DNA of 64,000 nucleotides from positions 102,672,001 through 102,736,000 of the forward strand of contig OX597822.1 in assembly GCA_951406725.2 (NCBI GenBank), given 5' to 3'. The notes beneath the pieces are model-generated. The model was not told the origin of the DNA. It did not search any database and saw only the letters and a program-made list of their open reading frames with translations. This DNA comes from Octopus vulgaris. Its lineage: Eukaryota. A program made the translations under genes and the position numbers. Shown here one piece after another: positions 25,366 to 37,619 of the stretch (its first letter is position 1; each line of letters starts with the position of its first letter).

Positions 25366-25576
25366 TTAAGGAAAGGGTTTCACCAAGAGAGATCGTCACT
25401 GATAATAAGACACAACAATTGCAGTGATTTTTGAAGGCCTCTTTTCATGGAATCAGTAAATGTTTAGGATGCTTTGTTTAGGTTGTGAGTGGATGATGCA
25501 CAACTGGAAATTGTTAGGGTGGAATGAAAGACAGTGTAATCTGCATAAGAGTTGATGTCATGGATATAGTGGTAAA

Positions 25577-25815
25577 GGCGCATGGCTCAGTGGTTAGAGC
25601 GTCGAGCTTACGATCGTGAGGTTGTGAGCTCGAATCCCGGACCGGGCTGCGTGTTGTGTTCTTGAGCAAAGCACTTTATTTCACGTTGCTCCAGTTCACT
25701 CAGCTGTAGAAATGAGTTGCGACGTCACTGGTGCCAAGCTGTATCGACCTTTGTCTTTCCCTTAGATAACACTGGTGGCGTGGAGAGGGGAGGCTGGTAT
25801 GCATGGGCGACTGCT
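25577..25815 (+). mobile_element. tRNA-derived SINE (GGCGCATGGCTCAGTGGTTAGAGCG head)
   Basis: A box TGGCTCAGTGG, B-box-like GCTCGAATCCC; an inverted related fragment follows at 25816-25915. Confidence 0.8.
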
Positions 25816-26002
25816 TGGCACCAGTGACATTGTGACACATTTTTACAGCTGGGTAAACTGGAGCAACGTGAAATAAAGGGCCTTGCTCAAGAGTACAACA
25901 CACAGCCCAGTCCGAGACAAAAAAAAAAACCATGAAACCTGGGGGATACCAGAGTAGAGAGAATAAGATTAAACTGAATTACTGTTTGGTTACTTCATAA
26001 AC

Positions 26003-27671
26003 TTCATCTTGGCCTTTGTTGACTTGGAGAAAGCCTTTGACAGGGTTCCCCCAATCCATTATCTAGTGGTCAATGTGGAAACTAGGAATAGACAAGTGGT
26101 TGGTGAGAGCTGTACAAGCTACGTACTGGGATGCTGTCAGTAAAGTAAGGGTTGGCAATGTGTACAGCGAAGAATTCAGGGTACAAGTAGGGGTTCACCA
26201 ACAATCAGTGCTCAGCCCCCTCTTGTTCATTATAGTCCTCCATGCAATAAAAGAGGAATTCAAGACAGGCTGCACCTGGGAGCTCCTCTATGCTGATGAC
26301 CTTGCTCTTATAGCTGAATCGCTACCTGAACTAGAGGAGTTCCAGGTATGGAAGTAAGGTCTAGAATTGAAGGGCCTTAGAGTTAACCTAGCAAAAACCA
26401 AAGTCTTAGTAAGTAGGAAGGCTGTCAAATCACAAATCCCTTCAGGTTGATGGCTCTGCTTGATCTGTAGAAATGGTGTAGGTAGAAACTCTATAAGATG
26501 CACCTATTGTAAGCTTTGGACACATAAAAGATGCAGCAATATCAGAGGAAAGTTAACAGGGGAAACTAGCTTTTGGATGTGGAAGATGTACAGGTACAAT
26601 AAATGATGAAAATGTAGAGAAAATAGACTCCATCAACTGCGGGGAGGTTTGAAGCTAGAGGTAGTAGATTGCTTCCATTATCTAGGTGACCACATTAGTA
26701 GAGGAGGTGGATGCACCGAGAGCATAGCTGTGAGAATAAGATTAAGCAGAGCAAAGTTCAAAGAGCTCCTATCCCTGCTGGCAACAAAGAGCCATTCTCT
26801 CAGAGCAAAAGGCAGATTGTTTGATGCCTGTGTGGCAGTGAAACATGGGCGGTGACAGACAAGGACATGCATAGGCTTGAAAGAAATGAAGCCAGTATGC
26901 TTCGCTGGATGTGCAATTTCAGCGTACATGTTTGATAGAGTGTGAGCATCTTGAGAATAAAGTTAGGCATAAGTTTAAACAGATGTGGTGTGCAAGAGAG
27001 ACAACTGCGCTGGTATGGTCATGTGATGCATATGGACGAGGACAGCTGTGTAAAGATGTGCCGATCTCTAACTGTGGAGGGAACCTGTAGTAGAAGTGGA
27101 CCCAAGAAGACATGGGAAGAGGTGGTGAAGCATGATCTTCAAACTTTGTGCCTCACAGAAGCAATGACTAGTGACTCAGACCTTTAGTGATGTGCTGTGC
27201 TTAAGAGGACCCACCAAGCCAAGTGCACCTGTGATGGTGGTACGTGAAGAACACCTTTCAAGTGCTGGGCCTCGGAGGCAAAGTGGCTGAGTTCCTTTCA
27301 AGTGTTGAGCCTCACAGAGGCAAAGTGATAGAGTTCCTTTCAAGCATTGGGTCTTACGGAGACAAAGTGGCTGAGTTCCTTTTGAGTGTTGGGTATTATG
27401 TCATGCTTGAGAAGACCCATCAAGCCAAGCAAAATCGCAGTTGTGTCACACAAATTAGCACCCATGCCGATGGCATGTAAAAGCACCCCGGTGTCATGCT
27501 GGTGGCACATAAAAGCACCCTTACACTCAAGGAGTGGTTGGCATCAGGAAGAGCATCCAGCTGAAAACCATGCCAAATCAGACTGGAGTCTGGAGCAGCC
27601 TTTCAGCGTGCCAGTCCAATCAACCACTGAACCCATGCCAGCATAGACAATAGACGTTAAATGATGATGAT
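26003..27671 (+). mobile_element. 5'-truncated, decayed RTE-clade LINE (RT, C-terminus, 3' UTR, ATG tail)
   Basis: LAFVDLEKAFDRVP, VGVHQQSVLSPLLF, ELLYADDL, FHYLGD, LRWYGHVMHMDE, GPKKTWEEVVKHD; stops and frameshifts; roughly 41-nt tandem repeats at 27255-27390. Confidence 0.92.
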
Positions 27672-27724
27672 AAACCTATAAGCGTACAGTCTTTTTAAAT
27701 CATAATAATCTAGTTTTTTTGCTT

Positions 27725-27932
27725 TCTTTTCATACTCTTTTACTTGTTTCAGTCATTTGACTGGTGGCTATGCTGGAGCACCGCCTTTAATCGAGCAACT
27801 CGACCCCGGGACTTATTCTTTTGTAAGCCCAGTACTTATTCTATCGGTCTCTTTTGCCGAACCACTAAGTAACGGGGACATAAACACACCAGCATCGGTT
27901 GTCAAGCAATGCTAGGGGGACAAGCACAGACA

Positions 27933-27974
<42 letters not shown>

Positions 27975-28134
27975 TACGACAGGCTTCTTTCAGTTTCTGT
28001 CTACCAAATCCACTCACAAGGCTTTGGTTGGCCCCGAGGCTATAGTAGAAGACACTTGCCCAAGGTGCCACACAGTGGGACTGAACCCGGAACCATGTGG
28101 TTGGTAAACAAGCTACTTACCACACAGCCACTCC
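27725..28134 (-). mobile_element. tRNA-derived CORE-like SINE (GGAGTGGCTGTGTGGTAAGTAGCTTG head) with (TA)n and companion 3' segment
   Basis: GCACCTTGGGCAAGTGTCTT resembles the CORE domain; older copies near 3492, 17357, 18678, 21785, 47680, 62115. Confidence 0.7.
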
Positions 28135-29959
28135 TGATGAGGGAAGTGTCTTTGCTGTATTTTTAACAATGTTTTTAATTGTTCAAGATATTCAGACAAA
28201 TTAAAATATTCATTTCAGCCTCACAATGAAATGTAGACACGCGTAAACAGATGTTTCTAGTTTTCTATGGGTAGAAATGTTTTATCTGTATTTGAGAACT
28301 TATCAGTTTCAACGTAAATATTATATCAACATGGTTGATTAATCAATAATCACCTCGATTAATTATTTATCAGCATGATGGACTAATCAATTAATCTAAA
28401 CAGCATATATTGGGTAACTTGAAATTTTAATGTAAAGTATGCCTACAGTTTTAGCTTTCATGCAAAATGTAATGTAATGCAAACAAATGTTTTCATCTTT
28501 CAGAAGGCAGCCCAAATTTTTCTGTGAACAGAGACAGAAAAACATGTTTACACTTGCAAGAACAACATTTCACCTGTAAAATGTGTTTATACTTGCTTAC
28601 ATTTCACACTCAGGCTAAAATTATAGTGATACCTCACTTTACAACTTCAGATTATCTAAAAACTGTTGTGTAATGCATAGTTAATGAATTAACTACATTG
28701 CCAATGAATGCCCCAGTATACAAATTAGACTTTTATTTTTCATCCTAGTCCTGGTTTGTGTTCAATATAAATAGCTACAAGCCAGCAATCTGTTAGCGAA
28801 CAGAAAAAGTGGCTACTTATTCTCTAGTGAATCGTTAAAAGGAGATTAAACTTGCATGGAAAAATCTCATATTTCTGTTTATACTTGTCTACATTTTACA
28901 CCAATACTAGAATTGTAGGTATACTTTTATATTCAAATTATCCACTAAATGTTGTAATGCATCATTAATACATTAATTTTATTTACAATCAATTCTCTTG
29001 TTAATTGAAGATGGGGACATCTATCTACTTTTTCTAATTATTTTACATATATTTCAAAATGCTAAAACAGACAGGTTTTTGCAATCTTAGTTATTCACAT
29101 ATTGTTAAAGTTGTTCATTATCATCAGAACGACATTCCTTTCTTTGAATTATTTAATGAAATCAAGTGGCACCGGATGCCAGGAGAATCTACCACGCAGC
29201 AGTATAATGTACTATGACTAAATGTGTAATACACTGAAACAATTGCAGAGTTGGAACCCCCAAACCATATGATCAATATTCCAACCACAGAAAAGACATC
29301 AAATTGTAGAAATAAGTAATCCAATAACTTACACAGAGATATATGAACCAGCAGATCACTAAGAAACTAATACACTATTACAGGTACATCACCCATTTTT
29401 GAACATCCTTGGTTCCAAAGCCTTGACAGATTAACAGTTTAGCTGAACCATCTATGGTCATGTAATAATAAGTTATCAACATACTTCCAACCTACTAATT
29501 ATACACTGTCAATGCCAAAGACATATCCAAGTTATGCATTGACACACCATGGTCCATTTTTCCAACAGTTCTTTACTTTATATCAATATGGATTGATATT
29601 TGTTTGACACTGGCACTGTTAGCTCTCTTACCTGTAGTAACCATAGCTAAAGGTAACTTTAAGCTAAATAAGAAGAGGATCTCTCAAAATTTAGGTATTG
29701 CCACTAACAAGTGCAGTGTAAATAATGCATCTAAGCACATGGTTCACACAACATCGCCTGTAGAAGCACAGTGGACTAGGCTGGTGGCCACTGGAATTTC
29801 AAGTTTCCCTTCATAATTTATCTACATTAAAAAAGTGCTGGGCCATCAGAAACCCAAAAAAATCAATGGTGTATATGTAGTACAAACTAGCTCAGAAAAA
29901 ATACTTGAAATATTAAAATTTAAAATAAAAAAGTGATGTACATAACATCAGATTAAATT

Positions 29960-30311
29960 CGCCAGGTCATAATGCTAGTGCATGCATATACAGCTGCATG
30001 CGTGCACACATACACGTGAGTACTGTCCAAATCTCCGACCAATCACATACAGCTAGCTGGCATTTAATTGGCGTATCAAGTTTCGGGTATTTTGATTGGG
30101 TTTTGGACAGAAAATTCACAAAAAAAGTCACTTCTACTGATTTTTTTAATGGCTTTGTGGGGTGACTGGGGAAATGTAAAGATGTGCACAACCACCCTTG
30201 GACGGTTTTGCGTGACCATAGAAAGTGCGAGCCCTCTAACTGAAAAATTGTGGATTTGTATAAAGGACACACACACAGACAGACGTTTTGCCGTTTATAT
30301 ATATATAGAGA
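29960..30311 (-). mobile_element. Probable non-autonomous Helitron
   Basis: Minus strand begins TCTCTATATATATATAAACGGC, a typical Helitron 5' end; GCCAGGTCATAATGCTAGT at the far end looks like half of a terminal CTAG hairpin. Confidence 0.45.
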
Positions 30312-30481
30312 TGTTGTGAAGTGTAAAACATTTGCTTTTCACTAAACATAAATTAAATGCAAAACAAATTTTTCATAATTAGTTAGATCCGTAAGATGGC
30401 TCCTCCTATATTAATAGTTTTAATCTATAACATATTTAAAACAACACAAAACCTTTAAAAAGAATTAACATATATCTTTAC

Positions 30482-30634
30482 CTGGGCTTCCCATATTCGA
30501 TCCAAATCATCAAGTGTTAAGGCTTTCTCTTTTATCATGAATCTCAAGATTTTTTCCAATTTTTCAACATACTGAGGTTGATGGAGACTATCTCGAAGAA
30601 CAATTGACAATACATTGTTCTGCTGAATCCATTC
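30482..30634 (-). CDS. USP9X: USP9X coding exon 9 ([32 protein letters not shown]...IWEAQ)
   Basis: ttctcag acceptor, CAG|GTAAAG donor, 153 nt. Confidence 0.95.
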
Positions 30635-30948
30635 CTGAGAAGAGAAATATCTCATTAGAACAAGAATTCTTCAACTCTAAATTCAGATTACTCTTCATCA
30701 ATATTGAGTATTTATAAACTAAAATTATCTTGAATACAAAAGGTTGATATTAATTAGCCTGTGAAAACAATTGTAGATTACTAATCTAAATCAAATATAC
30801 ATCTGATTTGAGTGAAAGAAAAAAGTATATAGCTGATTCAGATAAGATATATAAATACATTTAGACAAGATAAAATTACAGATAACAAATAGATTTAAAA
30901 CTTGAAATGAGAAAAAAAAAAAGCTCTGAATAATTTAAGATTCCTTAC

Positions 30949-31087
30949 TGCCATCTTATCAGCTGTAAGCCATTCATCATCATCTATTGGAGTGTGACGA
31001 CTGGCATGGAATGTCACATTTGCGATCACTTTGTTAACTTCATTCAAAGCATTCATCTTACCATTGAAAGAAGATATCTGAAGAAGC
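30949..31087 (-). CDS. USP9X: USP9X coding exon 8 ([22 protein letters not shown]...EWLTADKMA)
   Basis: ttttcag acceptor, GCA|GTAAGG donor, 139 nt. Confidence 0.95.
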
Positions 31088-31933
31088 CTGAAAACAGTGA
31101 AAGATTGAAATGCAAAATTAGTCAGAAAAATATAATTTGTTTTTTATCATAATTAAATAATCTTATAAAATTCAAACTTTATATTAGAACATGTTACTCA
31201 ATTATTTCTTTAGCCTATTAATTTCTTTCTTAAGGTTGCTTTTTTTTTGTAATAAGGAAGATATTAAGTAACTTGACTTCAGTTTGTGAGTGATTTACTT
31301 TACCATGCCGGTGGCCAGAAAGACAAATATCTCAAGTGGACTTCACCATCAGTTTCAATGTCCACTTTTTCTATGCTGGCATGGGTCAGATAGAGTTTGT
31401 TGCAGCAGATTTTCTAAGACTGGATGCCCTTCCTGTTGCCAACCCTCGCCTGTTTCCAAGTAAGGTAATATTTCCCCCATAGCCAGGTATGTTTTCATGG
31501 AAGATTGGAAATGAAAGACACCACTTGTATAACAGGGACACTCATTTACAACTACAGAGTGGTGTCAAGCCAAGAAGATACAATCACATACATGTGCACA
31601 CATTATATATGTGTATACACACACAGGCTTCTTTCAGCTTCTGCCTACATAATTCACTCACAAAGCTACATGGCTGCAGAAATGAGGTGTGAGGGCATAA
31701 CCTCAAGGTATAAGAAAGCAGATAAAGCTAGAATAGAGGCTGAGAACTGAGGATGGCTGGGTGGGTAAATTCACAAGAATATGAAAGGAGAGTAATAGAT
31801 GATTAGAGATGGGGATAGAGTGAATGCAGTGAATGGTGAACATGGTTGGAAGAGTGGTTAATGGTAAATCTGTTTGAGAGTGGGGGATAAAGGAAAACAA
31901 GAGTGGATCAGAGAGAAGGTGGCAGTATCGCCC

Positions 31934-32762
31934 TCATCATCCTCATTTAACGTCCGCTTTCCATGCTGGCATGGGTTGGACGGTTTGACTGAGGACTGGT
32001 GAGCCAGAGGCTGTATCAGGCTCAATCTGATCTGGCAAAGTTTCTACAGCTGGATGCCCTTCCTAATGCCAACCACTCTGAGAGTGCAGTGGGTGCTTTT
32101 ATGTGCCACCAGCATGAGAGCCAGTCAGGCAGTTCTGGCAACGACCACGCTCAAAAGGTGTTTTTTACATGCTACCTGCACAGGAGCCAGTCTGGCAGCA
32201 CTGGTAATGACCATGCTTGAATGTTGTTTTTCACATGCCACCAGCACATGTGCTGGTAACACGACGCTGGCAACAATCATGCTCAAATGGTGCTTTTCAC
32301 GTGTCACCAGCATGGGAGCCAATCCATGGCCCTGGCAACAATCACACTCGAATGTGCTTTTAACGTTCCACTGGCACAAGTGCCAAACAGGCAGTACTGT
32401 CATCAGTCGTGTTAGCGATTTTGATTTGTTTACACTTGCCTCAATAGATCTTCGCAAGCAAAGTTCATTGTCCAGTGAATGAGGGGTACTCATAAGTGAG
32501 CCAGTTACATTCACTGGCATAGGCCATGGGCTATGGTTTCACTTGGCATGTCAGGTCCTCTCAAGCACTGCATATCTCCAAAGGTCTCGGTCACTAATCA
32601 TTGCCTCAGTAAGGCCCAATGTTCAAAGGTCGTGCTTTACCACCTCATCCCAGGTTTTCCTGGGTCTACCTCTTCCACAGGTTCCCTCAACTACTAGGGT
32701 GTGACACTTTTTCACAGAGCTATCCTCATTCATTCGCAACACATGACCATACCAGCGCAGTT
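31934..32762 (-). mobile_element. 5'-truncated RTE LINE (ORF end plus 3' UTR)
   Basis: LRWYGHVLRMNEDSSVKKC...GRGRPRKTWDEVVKHDL followed by the modular UTR and tail. Confidence 0.9.
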
Positions 32763-32846
32763 GAAATAAGATTGAGATTACAAGTAATACAAAAAGACAA
32801 TTAAGCTCTAAAAATATAGTCATGACAATATATGTCAACGACTTAC

Positions 32847-33031
32847 CTTAAAATCATTTTCAAACGAAAGATTTCCAAATTCTTCACAGTCTCTTCCTGA
32901 TTCGGTACACGGGACACCAATTGTTTCAGTGCTTTTATTATTGCTGATAACCCATCATTTTTTATTTCTGATTTGGACTCCTTTTTCAGCTCATCATCTG
33001 TTAAGTTGTCCAAAAATTTAGGAACTATTTC
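32847..33031 (-). CDS. USP9X: USP9X coding exon 7 ([18 protein letters not shown]...[15 protein letters not shown])
   Basis: ttttag acceptor, AG|GTAAGT donor, 185 nt. Confidence 0.95.
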
Positions 33032-33899
33032 CTAAAATTAGAAGAAAATTCATGTGTTTATTTTACTTGATTCTCAGGCCATTATAATTTCAAAAATCTG
33101 ATGGTTGTTTTAGTTATAAACAGCACTGCTCATGTTTATTTATAATAAAAGCTTCAATCTTCGATAAGATTTAATCAGAAACATTTTAATTTCCAACAAT
33201 CAGTTCAATATCCTAGGGCAGAATCATAATTCTCTCTTCATTCCTCTACTAGATATTCAATTAAATCATCATCATCATCATCATCGTTTAGCGTCCGTTT
33301 TCCATGCTAGCATGGGTTGGAAAAACTGAAATCCACATAGGCATTATTGTGGAACCCTACATCTATCAATTCTGGTGTTCCCATTACAATGAAATACTTT
33401 ATCTCCACATAATCTATTTTTTATTGAAAGCAGTATACATGACACGACCACCATAAAACATTACACTTATGAGGAACCATCATTAAGAATACATAAAAAA
33501 GTTGAAATTTTCAATACAAGTCATTGCAAGAAAATTTAGAATAAGGATTTATAGCTTTAAGTAAAAGAAGAAATTAGTGTCTAGATCCAATAAAACAATG
33601 CTTGCAACAGAATAAATAGAACACAGGATCATGTCCCACAAACTAGGCAACCTCGTAGATTGCTAATTTCACAAATATATATCCAAAGATTTTGTAAGTG
33701 ATCCAACTACTGAAAGGTTACTTAATGAACAAATATATTTAACCTACTATATTCTTTTTATATTAAGCATCGTTAAAGAAACAAAATTTTGATTGTCAAT
33801 AATTATTCAGTGTCAGGTAACTAACTAAAAGAGTAAAAATTGCTGTATCGCATTTTTAATATACAAAATAAATTTATGCCTTAATATGTGAAACCCTTA

Positions 33900-34111
33900 T
33901 AAACCCTTTTGTTACTAACCCGGCCACCGGCTCTGGCTCTGTGGTAAAATGTCTTGTTTACATAAGTTTTGAATAAAAATCTTCCACCAAACCTTAGTTA
34001 CAATTTACTTTCCTAACACTAGCTTAATGGTAACTAAGTTATTTTACTAAATTCTTTGTTATATTTGAAATAATTGAAAGAAACACAGAGCATCTCAAAA
34101 TATATACAGTA
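33900..34111. mobile_element. piggyBac-type MITE lacking one TIR, abutting the exon 6 donor
   Basis: Reverse-orientation match to 57575-57778. Confidence 0.75.
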
Positions 34112-34116
34112 CTCAC

Positions 34117-34183
34117 CACAATTGGCATGAAATATTTTTGGATAGCATAAGGAGTCAGTACTTCGGAGCACTGACCAAATGGT
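34117..34183 (-). CDS. USP9X: USP9X coding exon 6 (KPFGQCSEVLTPYAIQKYFMPIV)
   Basis: tttctag acceptor, GTG|GTGAGT donor, 67 nt. Confidence 0.94.
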
Positions 34184-34621
34184 CTAGAAAAAGAAAGAAA
34201 AGAAAAACAATATAGCTCAATATATTCACCAATATGAAAATAATTTACTCAGTTAACATTGTCTTTTACTTAACAAGGACAATTAAAAATTTCAAAAGAA
34301 AATTTCAGTTAGAAAAATATTCTAAACACATTAAATTCAATCATATTTCTTCTCTTCATCATAACTATCTTTATTATTGCTTTAACATCAGTTTTCCCAG
34401 AATGGTATGGGTTGGTCTTATCTGCAATATGAGCCTTCAATTTAGTTCCCATGGGCTAGCTTCATTAATAAGGCTGGTGCAAGAGAAACTTCAGTTTCAT
34501 ATAAGACAGACATCCTACTACACTTTTCATGCATCCATTATATGCATTCCCATCCTACATTTTGCACAAAGTATCACTGAGATACAATCTGGAGTCTTCT
34601 AGAATTTGAATTTCCCCTACT

Positions 34622-34960
34622 GTCCTATCTCATCGTAAAGTCAATACCACCATGACCGATATCCAAACTACAGTGGAGAAGGCTAGCCACTGGATTTGGT
34701 TAAAAAGAGACGATGAGCGATGACTAGAAGAATATTGAGCTTTATTTGATAACCAGCTGATCTAGCAAGCTGGGCTTCATATCAGTGAGTGGGGGGGCTG
34801 GTGCGCATTGATGCCGTCGAGAGGTAGGCCCCGAAACAGCGCGCATTCTCTCCTGATGACCCCATACACTTGCTGGCTTCCGGGATGTGGAGTTTTTGAC
34901 TGGTAGCACTTGCTTGTGCAAGTTGTTTGCAAGACATCAACAGATTCTGGAATGAGAATC
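34622..34960 (+). mobile_element. 3' end of a restriction-like-endonuclease non-LTR retrotransposon (HERO/R2-like) with structured 3' UTR
   Basis: Reads RKVNTTMTDIQTTVEKASHWIWLKRDDER*LEEY*; the EKASxWxWxKR terminus is what I recall from HERO-family ORFs. Right boundary approximate. Confidence 0.6.
34762..34876 (+). ncRNA. Rearranged (non-circularly permuted) hammerhead-like RNA
   Basis: GUC 34816-18 then GAGAG pairing CUCUC-CUGAUGA (34848-59); GGCCCC-GAAAC (34827-37) pairing upstream GGGGCU and GCCGUC; closing helix AGUGAGUGGG/CCCAUACACU. Confidence 0.55.
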
Positions 34961-35374
34961 AGGTCATCAGCATAGAAAATATCAGAGGCATCTTACCCTA
35001 AGCTCCATTGTAATTAATTACCTTAAGATTTTAATGATGAAAATAAATTTCATGGTTATTCCAGTAATTATGTTAAATATCTACCAACAAATAGAATTGG
35101 TATTTGCTGTGAGTCTTGTTGCCTCAAATAAACTCGACATATCTCAGGGAAAAAAGTTTCAAATATGACATTCTTTAACAAAAGATAGATTGATGCATAA
35201 AACAGCTTTCTGCAGATAAGGATAATTATATTTTGAGTAGATATATATATATATACATGATTTCTACAAAATTACATTAACAAAATTTCAAAATTTAAAC
35301 ATGCTAAATTCTATTAAAATGTACAATATTTTTCTAAGAAAAAATAAATTAATAAGTAAATATAATTCACATAC

Positions 35375-35490
35375 TTCACCAGTGCAGCTATCACAGGCAC
35401 CGATAATTGGGGACCTTTTGTGAAACGGTCAAGAATAATTTGGAATCCTTCCATTTGTCCAAATTTATTTACCAGATCGACCAGCCACCC
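35375..35490 (-). CDS. USP9X: USP9X coding exon 5 ([38 protein letters not shown])
   Basis: ttctgcag acceptor, AA|GTATGT donor, 116 nt. Confidence 0.95.
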
Positions 35491-35829
35491 CTGCAGAAAG
35501 TTGAACAATATTTTTTGTTAAAAAAAAAAAATCAACATGGCAATGAAAAACTAAGCATTATAAAAAAGATAAGGAAGGCTCTTACAGAAAATATTTAATA
35601 CATTTCAAAATCTCTTTACATTGGACATCATCAACAAAAATATGTATTCGTATATTATTTATTTCAAGCCAAATGCTTTTCCCATTTCTGTTTTTCACAG
35701 CAACTATTATGTATATATATATATATCCCTCTCTCTCTCTTTCGGAGAGGCACAGGGAAATGGAAATTAATTAAAATTTACATTTCCAGTGGTCTAACGT
35801 GTAAAAATTTAGTCCAAAAGACTATGTAT

Positions 35830-36089
35830 TAGTCATAAGATACAGTGTACATTTAAATACATGAGGAATCCACTCATGGGATTCAACATGCTAGAAAGAA
35901 CAGCTAGGTTTTATAACCACAAAATTGGTCCAGGAAACTAGATGGTAAAATGTTTTTATTTTTTCATTTCGTTCCTGTCGAATTTTATCCCTAATTTTGT
36001 GGTTATGGAACCTAGTTGTTCTTTCTAGCATGTTGAATCCCATGAGTGGATTCCTCATGTGTTTAAATGTACACTGTATCTTATGACTA
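35830..36089. repeat. 97-bp near-perfect inverted repeat with 66-nt spacer, inside a rearranged copy of the 41095-41475 element
   Basis: Arms 35830-35926 and 35993-36089. Confidence 0.9.
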
Positions 36090-36924
36090 TATATATATAT
36101 ATAATAGCTGATGTAAATGTTTGTTAGTCAGGTGATTTCACCAGTCATGCTTTACATCATACAGAGATGCAAAGAGAGAGATACAGAGAGATGCAAGATG
36201 AATGCACATACCAGGCTTGGTGGCACACAATGAGTAAATGAAAGCTACACACACACACACAGAAAGAACCACTGAGATGGAGGAAGAGAGGGAGTAAATG
36301 ACAAAATTATGTGACGAGTTATACAAATGAGAAAATTTTTTTTTTGTTTAATTCTATGGTAATATTTTTTCTTTTAAAAATTATCATTCACTTCATCATT
36401 TTGCACAAGCACCAAGAAATTTGATAAATGTTAAATTATAACTATTGCATGTAAGTTCTATTTTCTGATAAAAGTATACTTCCGAAATATGCATCATATG
36501 ATGGGGGAAACCCATGTGTGAGTGTGTGGGAGTTGGAAACAAAAAGTAGGTAACCCGACATTCTTTTTTCTAGGTTAAAAATAGAACAAAAAGTTTTGGT
36601 AAAACAAAGCACAAATCTTAATTAACCTTCCTATAATGAATTGACTAATTTATTTATTAAAAAAAACTTAGTACTGGTGATGAGCAAAAATAATAGCAAG
36701 TCAAAGAAAGTTTGGTCTTAACTGAGTATGTCTGATCTACTCTTAGTGAAAACCAGAAATAGTATGCAGAAAAAAAAGAGAATGAGAGAGGGACAATTAG
36801 AGTGAGAAAGAGAATGAAAGGTAGAGTGGGGGGTGAGAGCTACACCATATCTGTTCTGGCTGAAAAAAACAAAAAAAAACAAACAGGGACAAATGGGTTT
36901 TTTTTTTCTTTCTGAGCCCCATCT

Positions 36925-37287
36925 TCATCATTGTTCGACCATGGCCGAGACAATGGAATTTACTATGTTACGCCAGACTTCACGGTCCATCATAGCATTA
37001 TGGAGGTCCCGTTGCTGGATGCCTGTATCCCTGGAGATTACATCAGGGTAGGAGAGTGTGTGCCCTCTGGTATCGCGAGCAGATGGCTTCCAGGGGAGAA
37101 GAGTAGAAATTACCTCGTTTTCAGCTCTACAACAATGTCCAGCAAACTGGACTCTTCTACCTTTCACAAGAGATGATACAGGTGGTAATTTCCCATATAT
37201 TTGTACTTTGGTTGGATGACGCTTCCACGAGAGATGTTGAGCTCTCATAAGGAGGCGAGTGTAAGTTCCATCCAACTGCCTCTCAAT
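36925..37287 (-). mobile_element. 3' fragment of a second RTE-like LINE family
   Basis: DGTYTRLLMRAQHLSWK...RRVQFAGHC...LSYPDVISRD...MMDREVWRNIV, then stop and a short TGA-type tail. Confidence 0.8.
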
Positions 37288-37619
37288 ATTGTGTGGTTAC
37301 TTATTTTCCTTTACTAGCTCAAAATGTAAGTGCATGTGGGTATGAAGTAGGATCTTAGAGAGATAGCTGGTTGTGACTATTCTTCCTTAGTGTAGAGTGT
37401 ACTGTCTCTCTTATCTTGAGGTCATTTATTACTAGTGGAAAATATGGAAGCTTAAAGAACCCTCGACCAGCTGAAGGTTCAGAAGCACAAGTTGATGCTT
37501 ATGACAGAAAGGAGGATGAAATAGAGACTAATAACACAGAGGACAACTGGGAGGGGCAGGGGTCCTATGAGACAACCTGCAGAGGATTACAAACCAGATT
37601 AATGGAAATAAATAAAAAA

